Assembly: GCA_012295275.1 (NCBI GenBank)
Contig: CM022677.1
Coordinates: 13,454,001-13,518,000, forward strand
Direction: 5' to 3'
Length of the DNA stretch: 64,000 nt
From: Chrysomallon squamiferum
Lineage: Eukaryota; Animalia; Mollusca
Below are positions 39,320 to 53,350 of the stretch, piece after piece (position 1 is the first letter of the stretch; the number at the start of each line of letters is the position of its first letter). The notes below the pieces were generated by a model. That model was given only the letters and a program-made list of their open reading frames with translations, had not been told where the DNA came from and ran no database searches. Both the position numbers and the translations under genes were made by a program.

Positions 39320-40306
39320 ATGGTAGAAATAAGAAAAAACAAGGAATACTAAGTAAAAGGATTTATTCTTGTTAATGCTGTTGTTGTGTTGTTTTCTTTT
39401 TAAATTATTTATATAAACTTAATTAATTTTAAGGTCTCACTGTCAAAAAGTCAGGGTAGAAAATTGAATCATCTTGTAAACTGACAGCACCTGGATGACA
39501 CCCTGGTAAACAGTAGTAGTGGTAGTAGTAGTAGTAGTAGCAGTACTAATAGTAGTTGTTTTTAGAGAAATGATAAATGTAACAAGAAGAGTAGTGTAAC
39601 AGCAGTGATAGTAGTAGTAACAGTAGTCATAGTTGTTGTTGTAGTAATTATAATAATATTAGTATAAAGAAATTCAGGCATAGGAGTATTAGAGAAGAGA
39701 GTAAAAAATAATAGTAACCCTAGCTGAATAAGGAATAACAGTAAATATTAGTTACAGTAATGAGGGTAGTAAAAGTAGCATGTAGAGTTGCAGTAAATGT
39801 AGTAGTAGCAGTATTTTATTTATTTATTTATTTATTTATTTATTGATTTACTACAACTAGGCAGTGCACCACAATATGACTCTGACTCAGAGTTGTTGAA
39901 AGTTCTGTCGATGAAAAGCTCATTTTTGTTATCCTGGACAACAATTCTTAAGTTGGAGAGTCTTACACCAGGTCACCAATCTCAACAGTCAAATATCAGG
40001 GAGAAAAAACTTGAATGTACTAAAACCAGGCAAAGAAAAACATTAAAATGAAACCTTTTTTAAATATTTTGTTTTGTATTCTAATGAGATTTAATGATGC
40101 AGTTATCAATTCAAATTATTTACTGAAAAATAATCTAAAGCTAGCATGACAAATGTGTCTAAAATAAATTTGAGTCATATAATTAAAGCTAAAGTAGAAT
40201 TTTTCATTCAGAAAGACCTTCAACAGAATTAGCATAGATCTGTTTTTCTTTATGAACTGATTTCACACATACCTCAACATTCCTTAAGCCATATAGTTCT
40301 TTGTAG

Positions 40307-40708
40307 GAGATGAGACACAGTTGTACAGTGGAAGTAATGGTTACTCATGTTGGGAACATTAGACAATCACACAAAAAATATCAAACAAAATTTGAAGAGA
40401 TCAAGTAAGTTAACACTGTCTTTTCTTATCCATTCACATGTGTCACCTCTTTAACTCACAAAGATGATTATGATATTTGTATAAAAAGTAAGGTAAAAAT
40501 AATCAGAATGTAATATTTTTGTCAACTGCTATCTCATTACTTGCATTTTTTATTTTTTTTTATTTTATTAGCCCTAATCAGATATACATTGATGAAAAAG
40601 GCTGTTAATTCAGATATTTGTAAGAAAAAATAATGTAAATTATTTGTTGCTGAATTGAAAGCTCTTAAGAATTAAGGATGGCATTGTGTTGGCTTTATTT
40701 TGTTCTTG

Positions 40709-40769
<61 letters not shown>

Positions 40770-42374
40770 CAAAATAATGATTTAATTTCAGGAAACAGTT
40801 AATGGCAGTGGAATAGCCTTTTGGCAGCAATTGTACAGAAATAGGTAATGTTATTAGCAATTCTTAGTCAACAATCTATGAATTTTACAAATTTGATTAA
40901 TTATTAAATATGATTGGGAAATAAAATGCATGTTTATGTTAGTGTTTCAACACTAAAGAAGACAATTTATAACGTGAAAGTTTGATTTTTTTTTTTTTTG
41001 TTTTTGTAGTAGTTTGTGGGGGGGTCCTGTTTTTTTAATTAAAAATATAATCTATATAGCTGTTGTTATATTTTATTTATTTTTATTAATTAAGAATGAG
41101 TTTAATTTGTTTTGGTCCAGGTTCTAAAAGATCCATGTCTATGTGTGGATTGAATGCTGCTTTAAAGGTATGTTTTATTCATTCACTTTTGTGTTTTATA
41201 TCTCATTTCATTAAGAATGAATTTGATCAAAAGTAGCATGCAGGCAATTTATTTTTAATTACAGAATAGTATTGATAGTTTTATATAAATTGTTCATAAA
41301 GCATGCCTATTTGCTTGATATTTTAAATGATTAGTTTAGATGGTACAGAATCAATGTAATAATGGTTTATGCACAACAAACCTTGTAATAATTTACATAT
41401 CAGCCTAATAGAGTAGTGAACAGAACACTTGTATAAATTTGTAATTTGCTGTTATTAATACTTCACTCTAATATAAAATACATACATTTTATACTTTATG
41501 TGGTAGGGCTGAAGATATTTACAATATTTTGTAATTTAGTATATGGATGGAATTGGCTTGAAAGATTTTGCTTATTTTGTTATTTTTATCACATGCAAGT
41601 GTAATGTTGTCTTTATTTTAAATACATTTTAAAATATACATAATGGATTCATTATTGTAACTATTAGCTTAATTAGGATAATTGTGGTTTATATATTTCA
41701 TTAGTGGCAAAAATTAATTTATAAATTAAATATTTTAATTATTCAAATAATTTGTTGTTAATGATGTAACTATAACGATTGTTAAAGGTTTAAGTTTGTC
41801 CAAATAATCTCAAATATATTTTCATCATGCTAGTCTGTTAGTATTTCAAAACAATCAGAATTAGAAGAACATTTTCTTACTGTCTAATGTAGGTTTAAAA
41901 TGTTTATTTACTTAATGTTCCTGGCAGTCATCTTAAACTGGAAATATTGTTTATACTCTCTTTTACTGGTGTATTGCTATTTTAATCCTTTTATACGAAA
42001 GATAAAAAATATGATTCACATAAAGAATAAAAAAAACTTTTAATAAATTATTTTTATTATTAAAATTGTATTATGGAAAAAAATAAAAATGTGGACTACA
42101 AGTCTTCTTGCTAAGACAGTGAAATACAGTTAGAGCAGACATCAAAAATACTGCTTGCACTTTATTTTATGTTTAGTTTATTAATGAATATTATATTTTG
42201 TTGTAGGATCCTAGACAACAGATTCATGCTGCCTCATCCAGCACTTCAGTTGAAAATGTTGTAAGACACATTTTCAGAAAAGGTTCACTAGATCACCAGA
42301 ATGCTATTACATCACAGTCTTCCCTGTCCAGAGAAAGCTCAACACTTTCAAGAGAAAATATGTCTGAAATTTAA
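40307..42374 (+). pseudogene. Four-exon unit (40307-40404, 40792-40844, 41121-41167, 42207-42374), unidentified product, TAG in the second exon
   Basis: Canonical AG/GT sites with compatible phases (2,1,0). The spliced frame reads EMRHSCTVEVMVTHVGNIRQSHKKYQTKFEEIKKQLMAVE*PFGSNCTEIGSKRSMSMCGLNAALKDPRQQIHAASSS...MSEI*. Confidence 0.6.
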
Positions 42375-45300
42375 GACAGTAAAATCAGTCTAATTTGAAT
42401 TTATAAATATTGAGAAAAAAAGAGAAATCTGAAGGGAAAATTTTTTGAAAACTCAGTGATCTCCAAGAGACTGCATTGTCAATGTGATCAGAACATCCAG
42501 TGTACACATTGTACTTCACAGCAGCTTGCACTGTTTTTATCATTGATGTGTGCTTGGTTATTCTAATGTTTCTCACTGGAAGAGGAATGGATATGCATCA
42601 TTGCTATGGAATGTCATTTTTCTAAATAAGCTAAAATTAATGTGACAACCAATTTTTTCTTTGTCTTATTTAAATCAGGGCAGTTTGCTGGGGGTAATGT
42701 AAATATAACTGAAGATTGTGTAGTTGTGGTAATTAGAATTTTTGTTTTTGTTTTTTGTTTTTTTTACAATTCAGGAAACCTTTTTTTTTTAAATGTCTTT
42801 TTATTATTTAAATCATGGAAAAATCAAGGGCTTATTGGAGGTAATGACTATTAATAAAATTAACTATTAACTAAATTAAAATGTTATTTGCATTAACAAT
42901 AACTGTTATTTTTCATTAGAAGAAACAAGTTGAAATTACTTAAAAACCTGTCTAGATAATAAAACTTAAATATTCAATTATTTTTGTTTAGACATTTCTG
43001 GCAGTTTTTATAATTTGCCTTTGCCACTTTAGAAAGAATAATTGAATTATTTCAATAAGGAGTCTTTAAAAAACAGAAAATAATTTATAAATGATAAAAA
43101 AAAATAAGAGGAAAAAAAATGTACATAATTGGAATTTTTCCGAGTATTTTATAATTTGCCTTTCACATTTTCATAAAATTCAAAAAATTATTTCAATAAT
43201 GTGCAATTGGAAATGTCTTCCAATTTGTTTATAATCTGTGAAAAAAAAATTAAAATAATAAATAAACAAAAAAACAAATATGATAATAATTCAAAAGAAA
43301 GAAAATAATTATCTCTTTAAAAAATGAAGTACAAAATGGTATTTAATTTTCCAAGGTAAATTATGTTACATAAATGGGTGACAATACAAATATTTTTAAT
43401 ACGAAAATATTATTTGTTCTTAACTGTTTTAAATCCGGACATCTACAAACTCAAACCCATTGCATCTTATCTAAAAACAATAATCAAAATAGAAAATAAT
43501 GCTTAAGTTGTTTCAGTTTGTTAACATTAAAAATGTTAAGGCACATTTAAATAATTTAAAACAAAAATAAACAAATAATAATAATTATTATTATTATTAC
43601 ATACATCATTCCAGTTTCATTTTCTTTAAAATAAAAATTACTGCAAATATGTTTTTAAAAATGATACTGGTTTTAATAGAGCTAAAATTATTTTTTAGCC
43701 TGATTAATTTCAGGTTTTTTTCAAATATCATTTAATGTTAATAAGAACAATTCAAAATCAAGACAATAATATAAGACTAAATCATTAAAATAATCCAGTT
43801 TAATAATTGTATTTTTATATCTAATTGTATATCATTTTTCTGTTCATTTAAAAAAAAAAAAAAAACAATCAAAACACTTAGAACTTGTATTTATTTATCC
43901 ATAAACAAGGACATTGTCTTTCACATACAACAGTTCTCTGTGAGCGCAAACACATTAACTCTTTCTCACAGATAACATCCTGTAACCGTGATTAATTTTT
44001 GTCCTTGGTTATTATTTTGCTGTATAACTACTTTGGGGGATGCAGTCTGGGAGCAATGGTGTCCAGTCTAAACACAACAATGAAAGACAGATGAGTCGAG
44101 TTCCGAAGTGTTTATTGCTGGTCAGCCAAGTGCCTTATCTTTTACATATAATACATATATATATACATATATATATACATCTTGCATACCCATCAATTGG
44201 CCGGCTCATATCGTTATGTATGTCTACAGCGATCCTGTTAGTTGTAACATTTTTCTGTCGTCGCCTGCTTCTCTCTATGAACTGTCCAAATTAGTTATTA
44301 TTATTATTGTTCTCTCTATATCTTTGTGCATCTCCCTAATAGTTTATATACTTTAAGAGTATCTCCTATTAAACTTACTGTTTCAGTGTTGCATGTTCAT
44401 TTTAAAATTAATTGTTTTAAATTACTTTTGCAATGTTGATTGTAAAATTGTGTTTCAGTTTCTTTGTATGATATCTGCTTTTTTTTATATAATTGTATCA
44501 ACAAGTTGAATATTTCTTATTTGAAATTTCATTTATCATCAATAGTAAACATGGAGTAAAACAGATGCAAAGTGTCACGCGAGGTCTCGATTACGTCATC
44601 AGTTTTACAGTCTACCGTGTAAAACAAGTTTCTGAGGCGAAGACAATGTCTTTTTTTTTTTTTGTCTTTTTTAAATTCATAATACAGGAAAAGATGAAGA
44701 TTTTGAAATCAATATAAAACTCTCACATTATTTTTTCTGATTCTACATTTTTCCGTATAAACTGCGCTCCATTAAAAACTTAATGTTTCTCTTTTTTTCT
44801 TTTTTCTTATTGTTTATTTTTTATATAAATATATTTATTTATTTTATTATATTAGTATTTTTTGTTTCTTAATCCTGGCAAAGTATGTTCGAATAAAAAT
44901 AGGACTGATTAAAAAAATAACGTGTTATTTTCTTTATTTTTAGGGCGTTATGCAATTTTAATTAGTGAGATAGTAATATATATATATTTTGTATTAACTA
45001 TAATTCACAATATATTAGTAATTAGAGGATTAATTATCAGTTTAATAACATATTAATCTCAGTTTCCTGGAATATCACCTTTTTTTTTAAATTGTACAAT
45101 ATTACTCTCACAACATCTCTGTAGTTCTACATATTACGCGGGACTTGTAATTATCACAGTTATAAGTATCAGAAAACAACACTGATCATATCTTTTCCTG
45201 TCTCTCTAAATCACATTTTATTAAAAAAAAAAAAAAAAATTCAGAACATATTCAGCAAAATTATTAAATTTATTAAGCTTCATACGTCAGTTTATTTTAT

Positions 45301-45450
45301 CACAATTTCACAAATTGTTCTGCCTACTCACGCATAACCAGGCTCCGATCTCTTATTTATTTATTTATTTTTATTATTATTTATTTATTTTATTATAATT
45401 ATTATTATTATCATTATTTTTATTTATGATTTTTAAAAAAAAAATGTATG

Positions 45451-45501
<51 letters not shown>

Positions 45502-46535
45502 TTATTATTATTATTATTATTTTTTAAATACAGAGATATCTCCTCCTACAAGATGTAAGGAGTAACTTCTCAGCTCAGTTTGCAAGAGATTAATAACAGA
45601 CTTTTATTAGCGTAATTTTCTAAAGATAATTTGAGATTTCTCGACTGAATTTACATTTTTATTTACTACCAACTGTGCCACTTATACGAATAAATTACGT
45701 TCAATCTTAGTAGCTATACCACTGTTTACATTGATATTTTATTACGTTTATCTCTAACAAATATGTATATAATTGTCAGTAAAATTTTGGATACAGCTAA
45801 AGGAATATTATCGGCTTTTCAAAAATAATCTGATCATTTTAATAAAGTAAATGTCGTCAATCAATTTTAAATTACATGTGAAAACTGCGCTCAATTTTCA
45901 GCATCATGCAGAACTTTTTAGTGAAATCTGTTCTGTTGTTAATCAAATATCACATTAATCATTATCTGAGCTTTTATTTATAATGGCATTTTACAGCGCT
46001 CGACTTGTAAATTCAGAAACAAATAACTGTTAATACTGAACACGTGAGACGTTACACTTTACTTGAATCACAAAATTAGTTTTTGCTTAGCAAAACGATA
46101 TTAAAATTAAAATTCACAGGGATAAGCGGCGTTTTCTATTTGAATAAAAGGCAACGTAATTCACATTAATACATAAAACCAGCGCCATTTATGTTTTACC
46201 ATAAACTGATACTGAGTGAAAATAATGTGATGTTTTATTGTTCTCCTCTGTTTGCATCATACAAAATACTGATAATTTCACGTACATTTTATTCTACTAG
46301 TAGAAATCTTATAGTTAATATTATATTTTTTAAGTTACATCATAGTTACATGCCTGTCCTCCTGAACTAGTGTTTATGAGATATGAGGATATTTTTAGTT
46401 AGCTAGACGAAATTGTTTCATCTTGTTAAAATATAACAATGATGTTATTACTATAAAGTAAATATTAATGTTTCTTCTGCAGTTAATAATATTAAACTGG
46501 CCCTTCTCATCTATATCATATTAAACATATTATAT

Positions 46536-47247
46536 AATACTTTTAGATAATACCTTCTTTTTTAATTATTTACATCCACTATATTCGATACATAGATTAT
46601 TTCGATATTTGTCATATTTGCATACTTTATGCAATAATACCTCAGATTAAAGATGTAATTGGTCCCAAATTTCCGATAGTGAAGTGACGTATCGTTAAGC
46701 GGGAGACTAATATGATATACATATCCAATATAAACTATATAAATTGTTGTGATACTACGCTGTACAGCTGACAGTAATCCAGACACGATACCGGCAAATG
46801 CTGATGATAAAAAGAAACGGAAGACAATAACTTTAGAAACAAAATACATTATCTTAAATGAAATCAAACCCACAATGAGCGGCATATAATTATTTCTTAA
46901 TGTATTTGTATAAATTGATTTGTAAATGATTTACTGTTTACTTAATATCTAAAATCTATTAAATAATTTATGTCTAAACTGCCGTTTTATTTCTCCTTAT
47001 TTCACCTCTTTTTTATGTCAGATCTCATCAGCGAGAAAGTAACCACTGCTTTTAACCTTAATTCTATGTAAATTAGTCTCCCGCTTAACGATACGTCACT
47101 TCACTATCGGAAATTTGGGACCAATTACATCTTTAATCTGAGGTTTTATTGCATAAAGTATGCAAATATGACAAATATCGAAATAATCTATGTATCGAAT
47201 ATAGTGGATGTAAATAATTAAAAAAGAAGGTATTATCTAAAAGTATT
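46536..47247. mobile_element. Fold-back/MITE-like element with 176-bp terminal inverted repeats (46536-46711 and 47072-47247) around a 360-bp core
   Basis: The arms are reverse complements with one visible mismatch. No coding capacity. TSD unclear (possibly TA). Confidence 0.75.
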
Positions 47248-47730
47248 CCCAATGATTTGGTCCTTCGTATGAACTTTTTCAGTCATAGCCAAAGTATTTG
47301 CAGGTCATAATATCTTTAGTGTACATACTATTAATATACTATGTCACATATATTGTATTATATGTGCACAATGTGAATATGTATGTGTGCATAACGTAAA
47401 TATAATCAGTAACTAATATCTTGAACATGTTTAAGTTGAATATGGCTGAATTCGAACAGTTAATGATAAATGTAACGTTCACATATTCTGTTTACTGAAT
47501 ATAAGTAAATTACTCGTAAAATGTGTTAGTTATTTATAATATTTTTGTCGTTTTCTTTTACAGAAGCAAGCCATAAGCATTAATAAAAAAACACATCTTT
47601 ATGCTTTTTACTTTTCTTTTATTTTTTTTTTATTTTTTAATAGAAGATGAAATTGATGTAAAATTGTTTATTATTGGTCGCTTGTTTTGTAACTGAAAGG
47701 AAATGTTTATGAATTAGAAATGACCAGTTT

Positions 47731-47731
47731 A

Positions 47732-47795
<64 letters not shown>

Positions 47796-47925
47796 GTAAC
47801 AGTAACTGTAATTATAGTAATAAGAATAAGAATAAGAAGAATACGAATAATAACAATAATAATAATAATGTTCATGAGTATGATCATGATAATGAGGAAG
47901 AGGAAGATGATGATGATAATAATGA
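47731..47925. repeat. (AAT)n microsatellite decaying into AAG/GAT/GAG triplets, mirrored at about 55015-55210
   Basis: Seen directly. Source of the poly-N/Y/I ORFs. Confidence 0.9.
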
Positions 47926-49453
47926 AAAAGAACAAATCTACAACAAATGAGCAGTGAACGCTTATTCTGCTTTCGGTTAATGTTACATAATCGATTTAGG
48001 AACAATGCGCTCCGCCTCTGAATGTTAGAAAGAAACCAGATGTATGCACAGGCCAAGTTCATTATATACAGAGGCACATTCGGCACCGTTTCATTGGATC
48101 TCAATATCGAATCAGCACTGACTTCCTGAGATGGCAATAATAATATCAAGGAGCCCATAATCCATTTGCCATGTTTCCTCCTTTTGTGCAAATGTCGCAA
48201 AAGGTAGTTATAATTCTCAAAATGTTCGTTAAGTCAAAAACAAGATGTTCACTGATTTTTAGCCACGATTTGTTGTTATCGTTGTGGTAGTGTGGGAGGG
48301 TGTTTTATTTAAAAAATAAAAGAACAAAAACTAAAAATATAAATAAAAATAAAAATAAACAAAATAAATAAATAAATAAATAAAATAATGAAAGGAAAGG
48401 AAAAGAAAAATGTGTAGCACTTTTCACTTCCGTAACAAATATGAAATGTAGATCAGGTATTAATCTTTATTTATTTGAAATATCAATATCATGAAAATAT
48501 GTATACCGCTAAATGTTTTCTAAAATCCGTTTTGTATCGTAAACAAACTATTATCGCTTTATTTTGGGAATGTGATAAAAATACTGGTATTTGACTGAAT
48601 GTTTATTGTTGTTCTACCTGAATAGATTAAATGTATATTATATTAATATATAATTAATTAGCTATTACATTAGCTACTGTAGGATTGTAATCTCATGCAG
48701 TCAACATGACATTTTGAACATTTCATAAAAAATATCTTGCGTTTTAAAGAATATTTTAAAATTTAATGAACTTCGATCACAGTATTTGTTTCAATAAAGC
48801 TTGAAACAATGAACTGAAATCAGAAGACTTTCTACACATAAAATTTCCATCATCCTCTTATTTTTTTAGGTACAAGATATCCTCAATCGTTAATATCGGT
48901 TGAAGAAACTTTCTCGTGCTGCGGTGGCGAAACTTGGAGAAATAGAAACGAGCCTTTAAGAGAATTGTTATTGCTAACAAATTGCATCCATGTTCGCTAC
49001 TTTAGCCGATATGTTTAAAATTCCTTCCAGACCTTGGTACCGTTCTTTATGACCGTGGCTTATCGCTTTGCTTTGAACTAGTGTAACTCCTTTTTACCTA
49101 AAATCTTTATCATTACTTTTTTTCAAGGCAGTGTCACAGGATCCTATAACGATAGCAGTAACTGACCCTAAATTCAGATTTCCATGTAAACGAAATGGAA
49201 AGCCATAACAGAATGGGTAAGCTACCCAAATTGGGTTTGCTCTATGAGTAATAACAGATAGGATTTTATATATTTAACTGTTTTATTAGCACGTTTAAGT
49301 TTACTAGAAACAATACATACAGTACATTTTTGAATCTATATTTGCGCTATCGCTGACAAATTACTACAGCAGTAACAGTGAACAACAATATTTGTATCAC
49401 ATCAGAACTACTAAACATATTTATTAGTTACAATTACTCTGAATACACACTCA

Positions 49454-49653
49454 NNNNNNNNNNNNNNNNNNNNNNNNNNNNNNNNNNNNNNNNNNNNNNN
49501 NNNNNNNNNNNNNNNNNNNNNNNNNNNNNNNNNNNNNNNNNNNNNNNNNNNNNNNNNNNNNNNNNNNNNNNNNNNNNNNNNNNNNNNNNNNNNNNNNNNN
49601 NNNNNNNNNNNNNNNNNNNNNNNNNNNNNNNNNNNNNNNNNNNNNNNNNNNNN
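49454..49653. other. Assembly gap (200 N)
   Basis: Run of N. Confidence 1.
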
Positions 49654-51699
49654 ATAGATTTGAAATATGCACATACATGAATATAACACCTTTTCAGCCA
49701 ATAACATCTGATTAACTAAAACCTGAATGATCAATTTTGGATGCTAGGAATCACTATCTTTTTTTTCGGGAGGTGGGGTGATTTGACATGGAATGACCCA
49801 AAACCATCTTAAGTAGGCAGGAGAGCTATATCTCAAGGATCTACACTCTATACCACATATGTCCCAAAACTGTCTGACATACATTTCTCTGCAATAAAGG
49901 CTCTTTTGTGTGATTGTCTTGTCAGTATTACAGCTGATGAAACTATTGAAGTGCGTGATCTTGGCATCATGTAGGTACCGGCAGGCAAATTTTTTCTGAC
50001 TTTAATTTCACATAATATGCAAAAGCAAAAATAATGAAAACACACAACAAATTATGACTCTATCTCCAGCGGTTAAGAAGATATATGCAAATTGGTATGA
50101 CAGGTATTTGGTTCTTTTTTAGCCCTATTTTGGCTAATTAGCAGAAAAGGCTACTTTGGCCAACTGTAGTTTGAAAAGTAATTAATACAAAATACTGAAA
50201 ATCAACAAGAGTGATGGGACTAACTTGGTAAATGAGCTCAATTTTTTTCAGACCTGTATGTTTGTATGTGTGGTCAGAATAACATGCTGAACATGCCAAA
50301 ATCTTCAAAACGACACACAGCAGAATGACTAAAAATCAACACTGTTGTTTCAGTTTTTGTCTTATTTGACAAATTCAACCTGTGTTGTGAAGAATTTATC
50401 AAGATGTTTCAAATGACATACTTGAATTTAACATTTGTAATAAAAAAACTTTATTTACATAAGCAGCTTCAATTTTCACTCTATTAAATAACTGGCAGTA
50501 ATAAGTTAAGATACTGTGATGTGTATATATCATATATATATATAAATGTTACTGAAAAGGTCTACAAGCATTTGATGTTTAAGCATAATCCTTTGCAATA
50601 CATATACTCAGCTAATCCTTGGAGTCAACTCTAGAAAGGTGTTGCAGGTATTAATCAGGGACAATAAAATGTATGTAATCGTGAAACTAGAGGCAATTAA
50701 AGACACAGGTGTTATAAGTCTGTCATTTGAACCAAACATAAAATAATTTTCTTAGGTTTGTACTTGCTGTGATTTGACAGCAAACAAAAGTTACCTATCA
50801 TCTGACCATTGTTGAAATTTTTTCTGATAGAGCTTACAAATAAGCAAAAATAATGTTTTAAAACTGATCAATTTATGATTTTATATTTTTTTAAAAGTGA
50901 TTAGATTTTTATTCAGCATTCCATCAATACCTCTGAATGCATTGTTCTATTATGTTGTATAGTTTGTTATGCTTACGATTCTTAATTCGACGTTTATCAC
51001 AAGAATTTTGAATGCAAAATAATCGATGGTTTTAAACTGAAGATAGTAATCGTCAAAACAATGTTAATTCGTTTATTTCAAAATGCGATTTCGCTACGCA
51101 CGTGCTATAATAATACGCTAAAAGTAGGAACATTGAAGAAAAATAATCAGCCAACAAGTTATTAAAAATATAAACAACATATAAATATAATCATTTCAAA
51201 CTGCGCCAGACCATTCTAGCTGTACATGAAATCTACGGCGATATCCTTCTGTAAAAAACGTAACGTAATGGCGATTTCCCTTTCAAACGCGGAGCTTCTT
51301 TTCGCCAAAGAAGACACACCGTAGTGTCGCACATTGGTTGAAAGGTAATTGAATGATCTTTCATTTGATCCCGTGAAAATAGGATTTATTTTCAGCCAGT
51401 TTTTAAAAAAAAATAGGTTTGAAGGCATGAAAAAGTACATTTTGGACACAACTATTGATATAAGCCATTGCCAGCGACGACACGCACACTGCTAGAAAGA
51501 TTGAACTTTGACCCTCCTTGAAGTCATTGTGGCGAAAACAAAGCCAGGCGTTTGTATTTTAGGACTTTTACTCCACGCTGATTGCTGACCACGGGTGCCG
51601 AAGTGCGTTTACCCCCAACGCGCTTAACACTCTCGTACACAGAACTGATTTAACATACAACAAGAACAACAACACCATTTAAAAGTGCACATAAAGATC

Positions 51700-52712
51700 T
51701 TTAGTTACATGTATTTGTTTATAGAAGGGATTTGGGAGTGGAGGAAAATGGACAAAATATTATCTTTTAACAGCTTTGACCAATTATATCGGCTAGGATG
51801 CCGGTACCTACATCTTGAATGTTACTGGGATCATTCAAGGGAAGACATATTTGATCGGTGTTGTAAAAGCGTAATAGTTTAGCTTAGAAATTGATTTTAA
51901 TAATATAATTTGCATACTGTAAGAAGTCATACAGGAATGATTTGTCAGTTGTCTATCTGAACTGTGCATGTACTGTGTCTTGCTCATATTGTCAACCTGG
52001 CCTCTGAGCTAATCCAGAACAGAGATTTATCCCACATGTCTAATTTGATATCTATGATCAAATCGTCACTCACTCACTGTATAAGAAATCTGAGAAAAAG
52101 AACTACTTCATAAAACACCTCTCTACCTAAATGAACTTGAAGACTAATGGGACAAGAATCCAGCAAATCCGTACTACAAAACAGTACGAAATTTTGATTC
52201 ATCTCAGCTGTCTGCAATCGCACACAATATCAAAGACTTCACTGCTCTCGAGGCTCTGCAGAATCCATTTCTTGAGTTGCTCGAGGAATGGCTCATGTAT
52301 ATGGGGTATCATGAAGTACTTATCACTATTTTGTCCATTTCCGAGTTTTGGCAAGGCATGCACAATGCAGAGTTGCCTCCTAAAGCTATCTGCCATAGCA
52401 TCTGATGCTGTTTGGATGCATGTAACTTCTGTTGATGTTGAAATAAGTTTTTCTCAACTACAAACATCCACTTAATGAGAGAAGAAAGAGCAAAGCAACA
52501 TGCCATGTAAATGGAGACATTGAAGTTTGCTTCATTTAGTTACAATTACATGGCCAGAAGAATCTTGAATAAAGACCAGTGAAAATAGTGTATTTTCTAT
52601 TTTATTTTGTTTTATTACATCATTTATTCCCAAAAAGGAAATGAAACCGAATTTACAAAAAACACGAAAAAGAAAAATGCTTTTTTAAAAAAAATGAAAA
52701 CTACTGGGTCTA
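51700..52712 (+). mobile_element. Decayed hAT-superfamily (CGGBP1-like) transposase remnant with a candidate 3' end
   Basis: YILNVTGIIQGKTYLIGVV (about 51810), CxxH motif VHVLCLAHIVNLASEL (51964-52011), and hAT C-terminal motif FWQGM..KLSAIASDAVWMHVTSVDVEISFSQ-YKHPLNERR (52345-52490). Followed by an A-rich subterminal tract ending ctactgggtcta. Confidence 0.8.
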
Positions 52713-53293
52713 AAAATGACATCTTCAGATGAATTTCATTTTACAGTACTGATATGAACAGTTAGAACACGAGAATAATAATAATAATAATAATAATAAT
52801 ATGGAGTATATGCAAAAAGTCAGAACATTGAAGAAAAGCATACAACCTGCAAATTACTAAACATATGCATTATACATTAATAATGTGTTTTAAATTTAAT
52901 ATGTAAAGTTAAAATGTAAAGTAAATTATATATATATATATATATCCTATTTTTAACAATACCTGAAATAATTTCGAACTGGGTGAAGAATAATGTTAGA
53001 AACAGACACAATTTCCCAACATCCGACATGCCGCCACTCATTTAATCAATGTAGTTTTATAGTCTCGGGCTTTGTACTTAATCGCACGAAAGGTGAAAGC
53101 TTCGTCACAGTAAGCTAAATCTAATATAAATTGATTTTGTTAATAGAATATAGAATCCTTATTAAGAAACCACCAAATATTCTGAACTCTACAGTCTGCA
53201 TTTGAAGTAGTCTTTTCTTTTCTTTTTTTTTCTTTTTTTTTTTAATAGGAGATAACTCTCTTGAAATTGTTATGAATTTAGCTATTCAATATA

Positions 53294-53294
<1 letters not shown>

Positions 53295-53347
<53 letters not shown>
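53295..53347. repeat. (TA)n microsatellite
   Basis: Pure TA run. Confidence 0.95.

Positions 53348-53350
<3 letters not shown>

Larger units (their letters stand above)
38662..49453. repeat. Left arm of a >10 kb inverted repeat
   Basis: Mirror of 53464-64000. Paired ORFs 44493+/57942-, 44040+/58383-, 47720+/54919- and 40672-/61724+. Ends exactly at the gap. Confidence 0.97.

Noticed and set aside
39861-40047. Acceptor-preceded open frame SAPQYDSDSELLKVLSMK... as an upstream exon of the four-exon unit
   Set aside because: I found no donor in a phase compatible with the exon at 40307, and the two arms differ by a frameshifting indel near its end.
47637-48200. Longest ORF in the track (187 aa) and its mirror ORFs at 54919-55304
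   Set aside because: The length comes from AAT/TAT microsatellite triplets (poly-Y/N/I), and the mirror copy is frameshifted. No recognisable domain.
49770-49802. ggggtgatttgacatggaatgaccca looks like the terminus of a non-autonomous DNA transposon
   Set aside because: No partner inverted terminus was found in the window (it may lie in the gap), and the family cannot be named with confidence.
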